This document shows positions 29,690 through 38,813 of a stretch of 64,000 nucleotides of DNA, in pieces (positions within the stretch are counted from its first letter, which is position 1; the number at the start of each line of letters is the position of its first letter). The position numbers were made by a program, and so were the translations under genes. Location of the stretch: assembly GCA_049512075.1 (NCBI GenBank), contig JBEKXL010000001.1, positions 323,462 through 387,461 of the forward strand, given 5' to 3'. This stretch comes from Candidatus Bathyarchaeia archaeon (GTDB lineage: Archaea > Thermoproteota > Bathyarchaeia > Bathyarchaeales > Bathycorpusculaceae). The notes under the pieces are model-generated. The model had not been told where the DNA came from. It did not search any database and worked only from the letters and a program-made list of their open reading frames with translations.

Positions 29690-31933
29690 TCAAGGTTCTA
29701 TACCTATGTACGTTTTCGCTGCTTTTGCACTGTCACAGTAGATTGTTGTGCTTGCGCAGTTCGTGATTTGGGGCAGTCCAAAACGCACTTGGTTCACGTT
29801 CCCGTAGTAAGCTGTGTTTCCGCCTGCAATCGAGCACACTTTCACGCCGTCAGCCCACAGTTCGCCTAAGCCGTTAGCAGCGTCTCCTTTCCAGTGAAGC
29901 TCGACGCAGTACCAATGGTTCAGCACAGGACTTGTCGTTGAATATGCGTACACGTAACCCGCTCCATTCCTAACTATCAGAGACCATTCCACAACTCCGC
30001 CAGTTTTCTTCCAGCCAGCATAGGCAACTGCGTTGCTACCTGCCCTGAAAATGATGAAGTAGAAACGGTCACTCTCATCTGCAATGCCAGATTGGGAGAC
30101 GAAGAAATAACCACGAGCAAACAGCTCAGTTGAGGATGAAATCGTCTTGTAACAGTAGGCATACTCTGTTCCACCTCCACCGTTCGACGTAAACTTGGCA
30201 CTGTAACTACCTTTGTAGGCTTGCGTATTGACGGTTGTTGAGGTTTCGCCTGTTGTAACTCCTGTCCCACTCCAAGCACTGAAACCAGATTCGAAACCAT
30301 CATCTAGCATGAATGCAGAAGTCTGTTCGGGACCTATGTAAGTCGTTCCCACTTTCACGCAGTCACAGTATGCCGTTGTGCTGGCGCAATTTGTGATCTG
30401 CGGTAGACCAAAGCACACGCGACTTGCGTCTCCATATGCAGCCGTGTTTTTGCCCGTGGTCGAACACACTCTTGTCCCGTCAACCCAAAGTTCACCCAGA
30501 CCGTTTGAGGACGCTTCTTTCCAGTGCAGTTCAACGCAGTACCACCGGTTCAATGCTGGACTGGTGGTTGAGTAAACATAGACATAGCTTGTCCCACTCC
30601 TGACTATCAGATTCCATTTTACGACTCCGCCTGTTTTTCGCCACCCAGCGTAGGCTATGTTGTTGCTTCCCGCCTTTAGCGTGATGAAGTAGAATCGGTC
30701 GCTCTCGTCAACAATTCCAGACTTTGAGACGTAAAAGTAACCACGCGCATCAAGCTCAGAGCCCGGATATGTTTTGTAGCAGTATGAGTTTTCTGTTCCG
30801 CCACCACCGTTTGAGGTGAAACTTGCACAGTAACTTCCGTGGTGCGAACGAGTATTGGTCACAGATACGGTTTCGCCTGCGGATACGCTTGTGCCGGTCC
30901 ATTGGCTGAAGTTGCCAGTTTCGAAACTGTCGTCAAACGAGGCCAATCTGGCATAAATGTCATTATTGCCATTCCTATAATCTTGCCATACTATGGTGTT
31001 GCCGCTAACATCTGGAGCTGTCTGGTCTCCGGTGCCTGTTGATATTCGGGTTGTCGTTTTAGTCGACAAATCATAAGCATAAATGCTAGGAGTGCCGCTC
31101 CAATCTACCCAGACTATTGTGTTGCCGCTAATAGCTGCTCCGGTGCCTGTTGCTATTCGGGTCTCCGTCTTAGTCGATAAATTGTACGCGTAAGTACCGC
31201 CGCCATCTTCCCATACTATGGTGTTCCCGCTAATAGCTGGATTGAGCTGGTCTGCGGTGCTTGTTGTTATTCGGGTTTCCATTTTGGTCGATAAATCATA
31301 CGCATATATATCAGCCTGCAAACCATATGGCCCATCGTTATTCCTCCAATCTTCCCACACTATGATGTTACCACTAACATCTGGAAAGCCCCGTATTGCG
31401 GTCGTTGTTGTTATTCGGGTTTCCGTTTTAGTCGACAAATCATAAGCGTAAATATCACCACTGTTCCCATTTCTATAGTCTTCCCATACAATGATGTTAC
31501 CACTAACATGTGCATTCTGCTGGGAACCGGCGACTGTTGTTATTCGAGTTGTCGTTTTAGTCGACAAATCATAAGCGTAAATCCCAGCACCGCCACTAAT
31601 CCAATCTTCCCACACTATGATGTTACCACTAACATCTGGATTGTGCGCGTTGTGTACGGCGTTTGTCGTTATTCGAGTTTCCGTCTTAGTCGATAAATCA
31701 TATGCATAAATATCCGGCGTGCACTCCCTATAATCTGTGGTCGCACTATTCCTATAATCTTCCCATACTATGATGTTGCCACTAACAGCTGGATTCCATT
31801 GCTCTGCAGTGTTTGCAGTTATTTGGGATTCAAGATAGGTGATTTGCGCTTTGACTGGTTGAGGGGAGTATATCAGTATCAACGTTCCGACCAGAAACAT
31901 GCATAATATTATAGACACTGTTCGGTTCAGCAA
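29690..31933 (-). CDS. Secreted protein: TolB-like beta-propeller repeats + two beta-sandwich domains
   Basis: Signal peptide; repeats VSGNIIVWED..IYAYDLSTKTETRIT; two (F/L)DDxFExG..WYCVELHWK domains shared with 20597-25198. Confidence 0.85.
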   Translation of the reverse strand: MLNRTVSIILCMFLVGTLILIYSPQPVKAQITYLESQITANTAEQWNPAVSGNIIVWEDYRNSATTDYRECTPDIYAYDLSTKTETRITTNAVHNAHNPDVSGNIIVWEDWISGGAGIYAYDLSTKTTTRITTVAGSQQNAHVSGNIIVWEDYRNGNSGDIYAYDLSTKTETRITTTTAIRGFPDVSGNIIVWEDWRNNDGPYGLQADIYAYDLSTKMETRITTSTADQLNPAISGNTIVWEDGGGTYAYNLSTKTETRIATGTGAAISGNTIVWVDWSGTPSIYAYDLSTKTTTRISTGTGDQTAPDVSGNTIVWQDYRNGNNDIYARLASFDDSFETGNFSQWTGTSVSAGETVSVTNTRSHHGSYCASFTSNGGGGTENSYCYKTYPGSELDARGYFYVSKSGIVDESDRFYFITLKAGSNNIAYAGWRKTGGVVKWNLIVRSGTSYVYVYSTTSPALNRWYCVELHWKEASSNGLGELWVDGTRVCSTTGKNTAAYGDASRVCFGLPQITNCASTTAYCDCVKVGTTYIGPEQTSAFMLDDGFESGFSAWSGTGVTTGETSTTVNTQAYKGSYSAKFTSNGGGGTEYAYCYKTISSSTELFARGYFFVSQSGIADESDRFYFIIFRAGSNAVAYAGWKKTGGVVEWSLIVRNGAGYVYAYSTTSPVLNHWYCVELHWKGDAANGLGELWADGVKVCSIAGGNTAYYGNVNQVRFGLPQITNCASTTIYCDSAKAAKTYIGIEP

Positions 31934-32077
31934 ATCATTTCCCCTAGTCTTGTATGACTCAGTGGCAATTTAAGACTTGTGAAGAGATCTTCTAATGACA
32001 TTTCAGAGGAGTATAAATCGGACGATGACCAGCCGCATTGTTCACACTGGTTGTCTGAACGTGCGCTACGTGGCTGA

Positions 32078-32372
32078 TTAGTTGAGGAAATAGTTGCAGT
32101 AGATGCTGTAGGCGCGATCTTTGAATCCTGCGTAGACACACGGGTTGGTGGGAAAACTTGCTAAGCTGTTCGAGTCATATACTGATTGCTTCGTAGTTCC
32201 CGCTGCGTAATACATTCTCGTAATACATTCTCATTGATTTCCCTGAAGCCTGTGCGTTGACTTCAAGCCAATAGTAGCCTCCCGCGGAAAGATTGGGATG
32301 GGTCATCAAGTCGATCGTCACCCAACCGTTTATTCCCGCAGGAACAGTTCCTGTTCCAGTAGCCAACAGAGC
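32078..32372 (-). pseudogene. 3' fragment homologous to the C-terminus of the 1533-aa protein
   Basis: LLATGTGTVPAGINGWVT..NLSAGGYYWL..YAGFKDRAYSIYC; starts at agcgcgcgc 32373; 13-bp tandem duplication at 32207-32232. Confidence 0.85.
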
Positions 32373-32575
32373 AGCGCGCGCCCATCATAAACTCCTGACC
32401 AGTTGATCTGGTATGATATGAGGCAACAGCTATCGCTTGGTGCGAATACAGTTATGTAATCTTCATAGCTGCTGCATTCGTTTGAGCGCGCGAAAAACAA
32501 GGAGCTAGCCCGCGCTTCATCCGACAGCTGAGCGCGAGCCAAAATGTTGGGCAGCTAGCGCACGCGTTAGGTTTT

Positions 32576-33073
32576 CTATGGATAAAGTGAAAATGCTTCC
32601 GTACATAGAACGTGCGAAGAATAGAAGTAGAATGCATGACCATGTATAGTGCCGGCACTCATTACCCATTTGAGATTCTTGGTTCCAATCCATGTCCCCC
32701 CAGGTGGGTTTTGTGGTGGCGTCATTGTTTGGTTTCCGTAAATCACCGCCCAAGCTTCACCTTCGGAGCCGAAGCCTGTGTTCAGCATATACAATCCGAC
32801 TGTTATTGAGACTGAGTTTGGCTCCACATCTAATTCCCAGGCCCATGTTTGTGTGCCAGTAGTCAACTGGAAGTATTCTGCATACCTGTCACCGTAATAC
32901 TCGAAGGTTGCCGAGAAACTATGAAATGAGCCATTGCTGTACCTCACCAAAAGCCAACCTGTTGCTTTTATGCCCTTAGCTGCCAGAGCAGGTGTCTGTG
33001 CCATAACTGGAGTAGCAACAAGACCCAAACCGATCAAAATTAACGACAAAGCATAAAGAATTCCCTTATTCAT
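32576..33073 (-). CDS. Secreted hypothetical protein
   Basis: Signal peptide, SD-like ggaggtg upstream, flanked by GCGC-type palindromes. Confidence 0.65.
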   Translation of the reverse strand: MNKGILYALSLILIGLGLVATPVMAQTPALAAKGIKATGWLLVRYSNGSFHSFSATFEYYGDRYAEYFQLTTGTQTWAWELDVEPNSVSITVGLYMLNTGFGSEGEAWAVIYGNQTMTPPQNPPGGTWIGTKNLKWVMSAGTIHGHAFYFYSSHVLCTEAFSLYP

Positions 33074-33239
33074 GAATTCTCACCTCCAGTCAATCGCTCT
33101 TAGCGAGCTCGCTCTCTCTCGCGCTCGCTGCTTCTACGCACGGAATAGCTTCTTTTGATTCACTAGTTAAGACTTGTGGAACCATCTTCTATAGGAGTTA
33201 TTATAGCGCGCGCTAAAATAATTAATCCCCCCAATTTGG

Positions 33240-33840
33240 GAGTTTTGTCCAAGGTTTTGTCCCATGCTTTTGCGCGCGCTATTGACGGTTTTGTTTGCAT
33301 TTGGTGCTCGGTGTGTTTTCTTTTTGTGTGCAGTGCGGTGTTCCATGTGTTGTATGTATGTTTTTGTTTGGCTGTTTCTGTTTCTGGTTTTTCTGTATGC
33401 TGTGTGTTTTAGGTGTGTGTATGGCGTGTTGTATGATTCTTCTGCGTGTTTTGTGGTTGTTTTGGTGTGTTGTTATGTTGTTTTTGTTGTTGGTTTTGCT
33501 GTTGTTTTCTGTTGTGGTTGTTATACATACAAAAAAAAGCTACGAGACAGCATATACACAGTAGCAGACAAACCAAAACGCATAGACTAAAACCGGAATA
33601 TGAAACTAGAACTATTGGAATTACTCTATCTGTCCATTTTTGAGTTCAACGTCGTCGTTCGTCTTCGTAAGTGGAAGGAGGAAGGAAGGAAGGAGGTAAA
33701 GTTTTATCCAACCACCACCACCACCACCACCGACCACACCACTCTTATTACCACTCCTACTCTTGCTCCTACCACTCATCCTCCACCTACACCTACCTAC
33801 CTATACCTACACACCTATACCATCGCGCGCACACACGCGC
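33240..33840. other. Low-complexity G/T-rich then C/A-rich non-coding tract
   Basis: 33240-33522 strongly G/T-rich; 33523-33600 and 33708-33835 A/C-rich; (GGAA)n and (ACC)n runs around motif 33695. Confidence 0.8.
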
Positions 33841-33899
33841 AGGGACGATGCAAAGGGTTAAGTAAGTTTAATCCTCAAGGAACTTTTGAAGCGTGTGCT

Positions 33900-34307
33900 A
33901 TGTCGTTTTTCTTGGGGGACCTCAAGACCAAATCCAGAAAGTTCAAAGCGCTTGTGATAATTATTGTAGTTTCTGCAAGTTTTGCAGGATATGTCTGTTG
34001 GTCTTTGGTATCATGGTTTGGAAGCGTGGCTAGCTTCAAGGATACGTTGCAGAAAGACGGTTTCACAGTCATTGCTGCAAGCGACTTCTTTGGATTTCGT
34101 GATTTCATGTTTTTGCCTCCCGAGATAACTATCCACTGCCAGAATCAAGCTCAGTTTATCTATGAAGCACGCTTAGCGAATTCAACTGGAGAATGGGACA
34201 ATGTCCTCTACCTGCTAGATAGTGTCCATTTTTATGCTATTAGGATAGACAATTACACCAACGAATTTCTTGGTTACGAGTATACTCCTCCACTATTCAG
34301 AATTTAG
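33900..34307 (+). CDS. Membrane-anchored hypothetical protein
   Basis: Single N-terminal TM helix; ATG 33900 follows gcgtgtgct; TAG stop within tagcgtgcg. Confidence 0.55.
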   Translation: MSFFLGDLKTKSRKFKALVIIIVVSASFAGYVCWSLVSWFGSVASFKDTLQKDGFTVIAASDFFGFRDFMFLPPEITIHCQNQAQFIYEARLANSTGEWDNVLYLLDSVHFYAIRIDNYTNEFLGYEYTPPLFRI

Positions 34308-34516
34308 CGTGCGTTGGATAGACTATTAAATACTTTAATATGCGTTTTTTCTAGGAAAGCGCTTCTGGATTTCGGTTAATGCCCACGTTTGGGCGCGCGC
34401 GCCTGAGAAACGAAAAACAAACATGGATTCCTAGAATTGTTAATCTCTAGCGCGTGCTATCTGTCTGTGTGTAGAGCGCGACAAAATAAAATAGTGGAGC
34501 ACCTATAGTCTAATCA

Positions 34517-35077
34517 GTGATGAAAATGAACAGCTGGAGATTCGCGGGGTTCCTGGTTCTTTTATGGTTAGTCATTCTTGGAATAGGCCTGTACATGCCA
34601 TTGGCCTTTCTGGCAGCTTGGGTTCCTGGTGCAGACCATTTCGGAACAACTAGTCAAGAAGCGACTCTGAATGTCTATGTAGTTCCTTGGTTTTTCCAGG
34701 TTGAATTCGGTTTTGTTGTTATTGGTGTATTCGCAGGCTTGGGTTTGGGGTCGCAGATGGTGGGGATAAGGTCGCAGACGATCTTAAAAAGTTGGAGAAC
34801 TGTTGAAGCCTACATCATCTCGGCAATAGCTGTTCTCGGGGTCTCTCTGTACCTCGCAATGTATTACCTAATCCATAACCTGATCTACCAGCTGGCTCCC
34901 AAACTCACCCTAATTACCGACACGGGCACTTATGATTTACACGCCTTCATTCAAAAAACGATATTGAGCGGCACGATTTTCTACTGGTTCTTCGGAACCG
35001 CATTCTTTTTAGTTGTCATTGCTGTGGTCCTGGGCATTTTAGTGCCATACATGGACAGCGCGAGCCAAGCTTTCTAA
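34517..35077 (+). CDS. 4-TM membrane protein
   Basis: Four hydrophobic segments; bounded by palindromes at 34448 and 35083. Confidence 0.65.
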   Translation: MMKMNSWRFAGFLVLLWLVILGIGLYMPLAFLAAWVPGADHFGTTSQEATLNVYVVPWFFQVEFGFVVIGVFAGLGLGSQMVGIRSQTILKSWRTVEAYIISAIAVLGVSLYLAMYYLIHNLIYQLAPKLTLITDTGTYDLHAFIQKTILSGTIFYWFFGTAFFLVVIAVVLGILVPYMDSASQAF

Positions 35078-35188
35078 ACTTCTAGCGCGCGCTTGATTTT
35101 TACTTTTTCCGTTTGGGTTTGGGGGTAAAGTTTTATCCAACCAACCAATAACAGAGATTGATTGCTAGGGCGCGCCAACACCCGACCC

Positions 35189-35268
35189 TTACTTCCATCT
35201 TGTAAATATCTCATCACGGCGAAAGGTGGCTGTGCTGACAAGGAACAGAATAACATCAAGCGCTAAGA
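35189..35268 (-). pseudogene. 3' fragment of an ABC-2 permease paralogue
   Basis: Encodes LALDVILFLVSTATFRRDEIFTRWK*, homologous to the end of 35525-36262; homology stops at aagcgctaaga. Confidence 0.75.
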
Positions 35269-35291
35269 TGCTTGTTCGATTGATGCTTAAC

Positions 35292-35483
35292 CTAATCAAT
35301 ATCCCTGCTGATGTTATCCGCTTTCTTCCGCGGCTTCCAAAAATACCCAACCACAAATAATACTATTCCTATGACTGGTAATACAATCAAAGGTGCTGAG
35401 TACCCTCTTACAATAAGCAGGATGACGCCTATAGCGATGAGGATGCAACCCATTAGGATAAGTCTTAATTTCATACTATCCAC
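35292..35483 (-). CDS. Small 2-TM membrane protein
   Basis: Two TM helices, basic tail, SD-like ggagggggtg. Confidence 0.6.
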   Translation of the reverse strand: MDSMKLRLILMGCILIAIGVILLIVRGYSAPLIVLPVIGIVLFVVGYFWKPRKKADNISRDID

Positions 35484-35524
35484 ATTTTCACCCCCTCCTT
35501 ATTCTGTTCATGCTTCTGATTCAG

Positions 35525-36262
35525 CTACTTCCATTTTGTCAATATCTCCTCCCTGCGAAAAGCGGCTGTGCTGACAAAGAACAGAATAACATCAAGCGCT
35601 AAGAAGATACCTGAGATTATGAAAAGGTTGGTAGTATCGAGACTTATCAGACCTAGCTCACCAGCAAGATAGATGCCTCCTAACGGTAGCAACATGAGAA
35701 TCCCATAACTGTTGGCGCTACGCACATCATTAACTCTCGAGGAAACAATCACACTGAATTCAACGCTCAAAGTAACAGCAATAGGAACGAGAATTACAAG
35801 TATAACACCAATACTCCAGTTTGGAAAATAATAATAGCCAAGCTTGTGGAAAGTCACTTCATCAACGAGCACCATAAAGATTGAAGCACCAACATAAAGT
35901 GAAGCTAAAACTGGCAAGAGTGCGGAAAGGGTTTTTCCAAACAAAATCTCTCCATCAGTAATGGGCGTTGCCAGAAGTGGTTCCAAGCTCTTCTCAATTT
36001 TTTCTCCGACTATACTGTAAGAAGCAATCGATATAGGAATGAACACTGCTGCTATAACGAAAAAGAAGGAAAAAGAGTTGAGCAGTGGTGGAAGCTGCGC
36101 GACTGGGATTCCACCAGTCCTCCTTCCAGCAAACTCTAGTATCAGAGGAAAAATAATTGAGATGATAAGTGGAACAACGATGATTGAATACCAGATGTTT
36201 TTTTGATGCCTGAATATCTTGAAGTCTCTGGATGCTATAATCCACGCTTTAGATAGTCTCAT
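35525..36262 (-). CDS. ABC-2 type transporter permease
   Basis: SIVGEKIEKSLEPLLATPITDGEILFGK; 6 TM segments. Confidence 0.9.
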   Translation of the reverse strand: MRLSKAWIIASRDFKIFRHQKNIWYSIIVVPLIISIIFPLILEFAGRRTGGIPVAQLPPLLNSFSFFFVIAAVFIPISIASYSIVGEKIEKSLEPLLATPITDGEILFGKTLSALLPVLASLYVGASIFMVLVDEVTFHKLGYYYFPNWSIGVILVILVPIAVTLSVEFSVIVSSRVNDVRSANSYGILMLLPLGGIYLAGELGLISLDTTNLFIISGIFLALDVILFFVSTAAFRREEILTKWK

Positions 36263-36264
36263 AT

Positions 36265-37191
36265 TTATGTCCTCACAAGCTTTAGATAGGCATCTTCCAA
36301 TGTTGAACCCACAACGTTAATTGTTCGAACATGACCGCCAGCCAGCACTATAGCCTCTACAACAGCCGAGTTCTCCTTATCTGGGTCTACCACGTCAAAT
36401 GTTATCTTGTTCCCATCACTAGTCAAATTCCTGAGTAACAGCTTCTTCAAAGTGCTCAGAATCACATCGTTCACTTGCTCCAGCACGATAACTGTCTTCC
36501 TGCCACTAACGGACTGTTCAAGTTCTTGAGAAGTGCCTATTGCACGCAGTTTCGTATTCAGAATTCCTATTTTATCGCATATCCTTTGTGCCTCATCGAG
36601 GTTGTGGGTATTTAGGAAAATGGTCTTCTTCTGCTTTTTCAAGTCAAGAATGAATTCCCTGACAGTTTTTGCTGATTCAGGGTCTAGGTTCACTGTCGGC
36701 TCGTCTAAGAATAATATTTGTGGGTCATGGATGAGGGCTCGTGCTATGGCAAGTTTTTGCTTCATGCCCTTAGAAAAAGTTCCTGCCAAAAAGTTTCTCT
36801 TCTCCCAAAGTCCCAACATCTCGAGGAAACGCTGGATACTCTCTTTTCTTTGAGTATCCGTGCAATCGTAAATTCTTCCGTAAAAGTCTAGGTTATCATA
36901 AGCGCTGAGATGTTCAGACAGCCCAACATTATCAGGGACCAACCCGATGATTTTTCTGATTTTCAACGAATCTATCTTGTTACCTATTTCGTACCCTGCT
37001 ATTCTGGCACTTCCACTAGTCTTTGATATCAAGCAACAAAGCATCCTGATTGTAGTGGTTTTTCCCGCACCGTTCGATCCAAGAAAACCGAAAATCTCAC
37101 CTTCTTCAACATGAAAAGTTAGGTCTTCAACCGCTGTAATGTCACCGAATTTCTTCGTCAGGTTTTCAGCATCAATCAATACGGTCACCAA
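36265..37191 (-). CDS. ABC transporter ATP-binding protein
   Basis: GSNGAGKTT, FSKGMKQK, ILFLDEPT. Confidence 0.93.
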   Translation of the reverse strand: MVTVLIDAENLTKKFGDITAVEDLTFHVEEGEIFGFLGSNGAGKTTTIRMLCCLISKTSGSARIAGYEIGNKIDSLKIRKIIGLVPDNVGLSEHLSAYDNLDFYGRIYDCTDTQRKESIQRFLEMLGLWEKRNFLAGTFSKGMKQKLAIARALIHDPQILFLDEPTVNLDPESAKTVREFILDLKKQKKTIFLNTHNLDEAQRICDKIGILNTKLRAIGTSQELEQSVSGRKTVIVLEQVNDVILSTLKKLLLRNLTSDGNKITFDVVDPDKENSAVVEAIVLAGGHVRTINVVGSTLEDAYLKLVRT

Positions 37192-37626
37192 AGTGTGTAA
37201 GCTGTTGCGACAATAACATCAAAGAGTCTTAAAGAGGCATCAAGTATTATTTGGCTTTTTGTCTTGGCATAAGAAAAGAGCAAGTTCGAGTTTATGTTAA
37301 GTTCGCCCTTAACAACTCGATTCGTCTGGCTAACACCATCATCCTCAAGCGCGCGCGCTAATACTACTAAATAGGTTCTTGAGTTCTTCTTTCACGTCTC
37401 CACTCTTCGTATTCTTTTGTTCCCCAATTATGTTTCATCGTCGCGGCTGGAGACATTTTCTTTCTTGGTTTTGCCGTATTTTATCACCCCATTTTTAATT
37501 TTAGGCTCAATTCAGAAAAGGGTACTCAAGAAGGTTAATATCAGGAAAAGAAGCCTATTTCAAGGTTCTTTCGGAATAAGATTTTAATAGCCCAAGAAGG
37601 CTTTCTTTTCTTAGGAGAAGGCTAGA

Positions 37627-37874
37627 ATGAAGACTAAAACGGTAAAGGTGGCTATAGATAGCTTCGGCTCTTTTCTAGGCAGAGAAAAGGGCTGCTTAGT
37701 CGTAAGAGACCAAGAACGCAAAGTAAAGAAGTATCCTCTCTTCGAGAACTCGATAGCGGAGATAAGGCTCTCTAGCGGAAATACGGTATCGGCAGGAGCG
37801 TTAGCGAGTTGTGCCTTTTGGGACATAAATCTAATCGTAACAACTCAATTCGGTAATCCGATAGCAGTTCTAAA
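37627..37874 (+). pseudogene. cas1: 5' fragment of a second cas1
   Basis: MKTKTVKVAIDSFGSFLGREKGCLVVRD..YPLFEN..SGNTVSAGALASCAFWDI..GNPIAVLK aligns to the intact Cas1 N-terminus; breaks at gcgcgcgcg 37875. Confidence 0.88.
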
Positions 37875-38048
37875 GCGCGCGCGACGACTTAAGATGCTAA
37901 TTTCTCGCGAAATGTTAGATGTAAATCATGTAATAAATATCAAAATAGACCGAAAGAAAGATGACTTGATTTTTCAAGTTGACCTCAAGTCGAATAAATG
38001 AACCAACTAAACCTTTAAGCGCGCGCGCTATATTCCATGTGATTTTGC

Positions 38049-38561
38049 TTGTTTAAACTCAACAGTGTGTCTACCAAGTCATCGGTATTGTATATTCTTA
38101 GGAAGACTCTTGTGGTAATTGGGTGCTTAGTGTTTTTGTTTTCTGTCATTTTTCCCTTCTTTCTCTTCAGGACAGTACTTTCTCCAACATCGAATTACGA
38201 TTGGTCATATAGACGTGACTTCTACGGTAACTTTGGTGGAACAAGGCAGTTTTGGTTTATCAATAACTGGGAAAACACTGGTTCGGCAACGATGTCTTGG
38301 GCATTAATATCGATGTTCATAATTCAGGTTTTGACGTTGGTCTTTGGCGTAGCCTCTGTCTTCTTCAATAGAAGAATTCTATCATTTGCTCCAGTTTTGC
38401 TGTGTCTTGGAGTTCTGGGTTTGATGATTTATGCAATAGGTGACAGAGATGGAGAGTATCAACAAGGCTACTACCTGATTTTTCCCTCACTTGCCTTGTT
38501 CATATTTGCCTTCGTACTAAATGAAGTGACAAAGAAACAACAAACATCAGCTCGCGCTTAG
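38049..38561 (+). CDS. 4-TM membrane protein
   Basis: Hydrophobic segments; bounded by palindromes at 38018 and 38549. Confidence 0.6.
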   Translation: MFKLNSVSTKSSVLYILRKTLVVIGCLVFLFSVIFPFFLFRTVLSPTSNYDWSYRRDFYGNFGGTRQFWFINNWENTGSATMSWALISMFIIQVLTLVFGVASVFFNRRILSFAPVLLCLGVLGLMIYAIGDRDGEYQQGYYLIFPSLALFIFAFVLNEVTKKQQTSARA

Positions 38562-38813
38562 GTTTTGTGTGTGCGGGGGGGTAAAGTTTTATCACAAAAC
38601 CCAAAACTGGAAAAATGCATTGTAGTGCAATATGTTTTAATGGATTTGGTTAGTGTGCGTGGTTTTCCAACATATTTATTTGTCAGTAAAACTATTCGAG
38701 ATCTATAGCGCGCGCTAAGAATCCTAGAAACAAAGTAGATACAAGAAAAACAGAAGACAGAACTAGCGTGGCAACATGACAGAAATGTGATATCAAGTAG
38801 ATGTGGGAACTGA

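Noticed and set aside
25200-29700. CRISPR array or cas operon around cas1
   Set aside because: No regularly spaced 25-40-bp repeats and no recognisable cas2, cas4, cas6 or effector genes anywhere in the window
30960-31800. Periodic repeats (tagtcgacaaatcataagcg)
   Set aside because: Coding beta-propeller repeats; the same applies to 46190-47270
33176-33865. Several Cys/Val/Phe-rich or Thr/His-rich ORFs
   Set aside because: Artefacts of stop-poor low-complexity G/T and A/C sequence
37875-38001. 124-aa ORF 37627-38001 as a mini-Cas1
   Set aside because: Homology ends at codon ~83, no catalytic residues remain, and the tail is unrelated sequence beyond the junction
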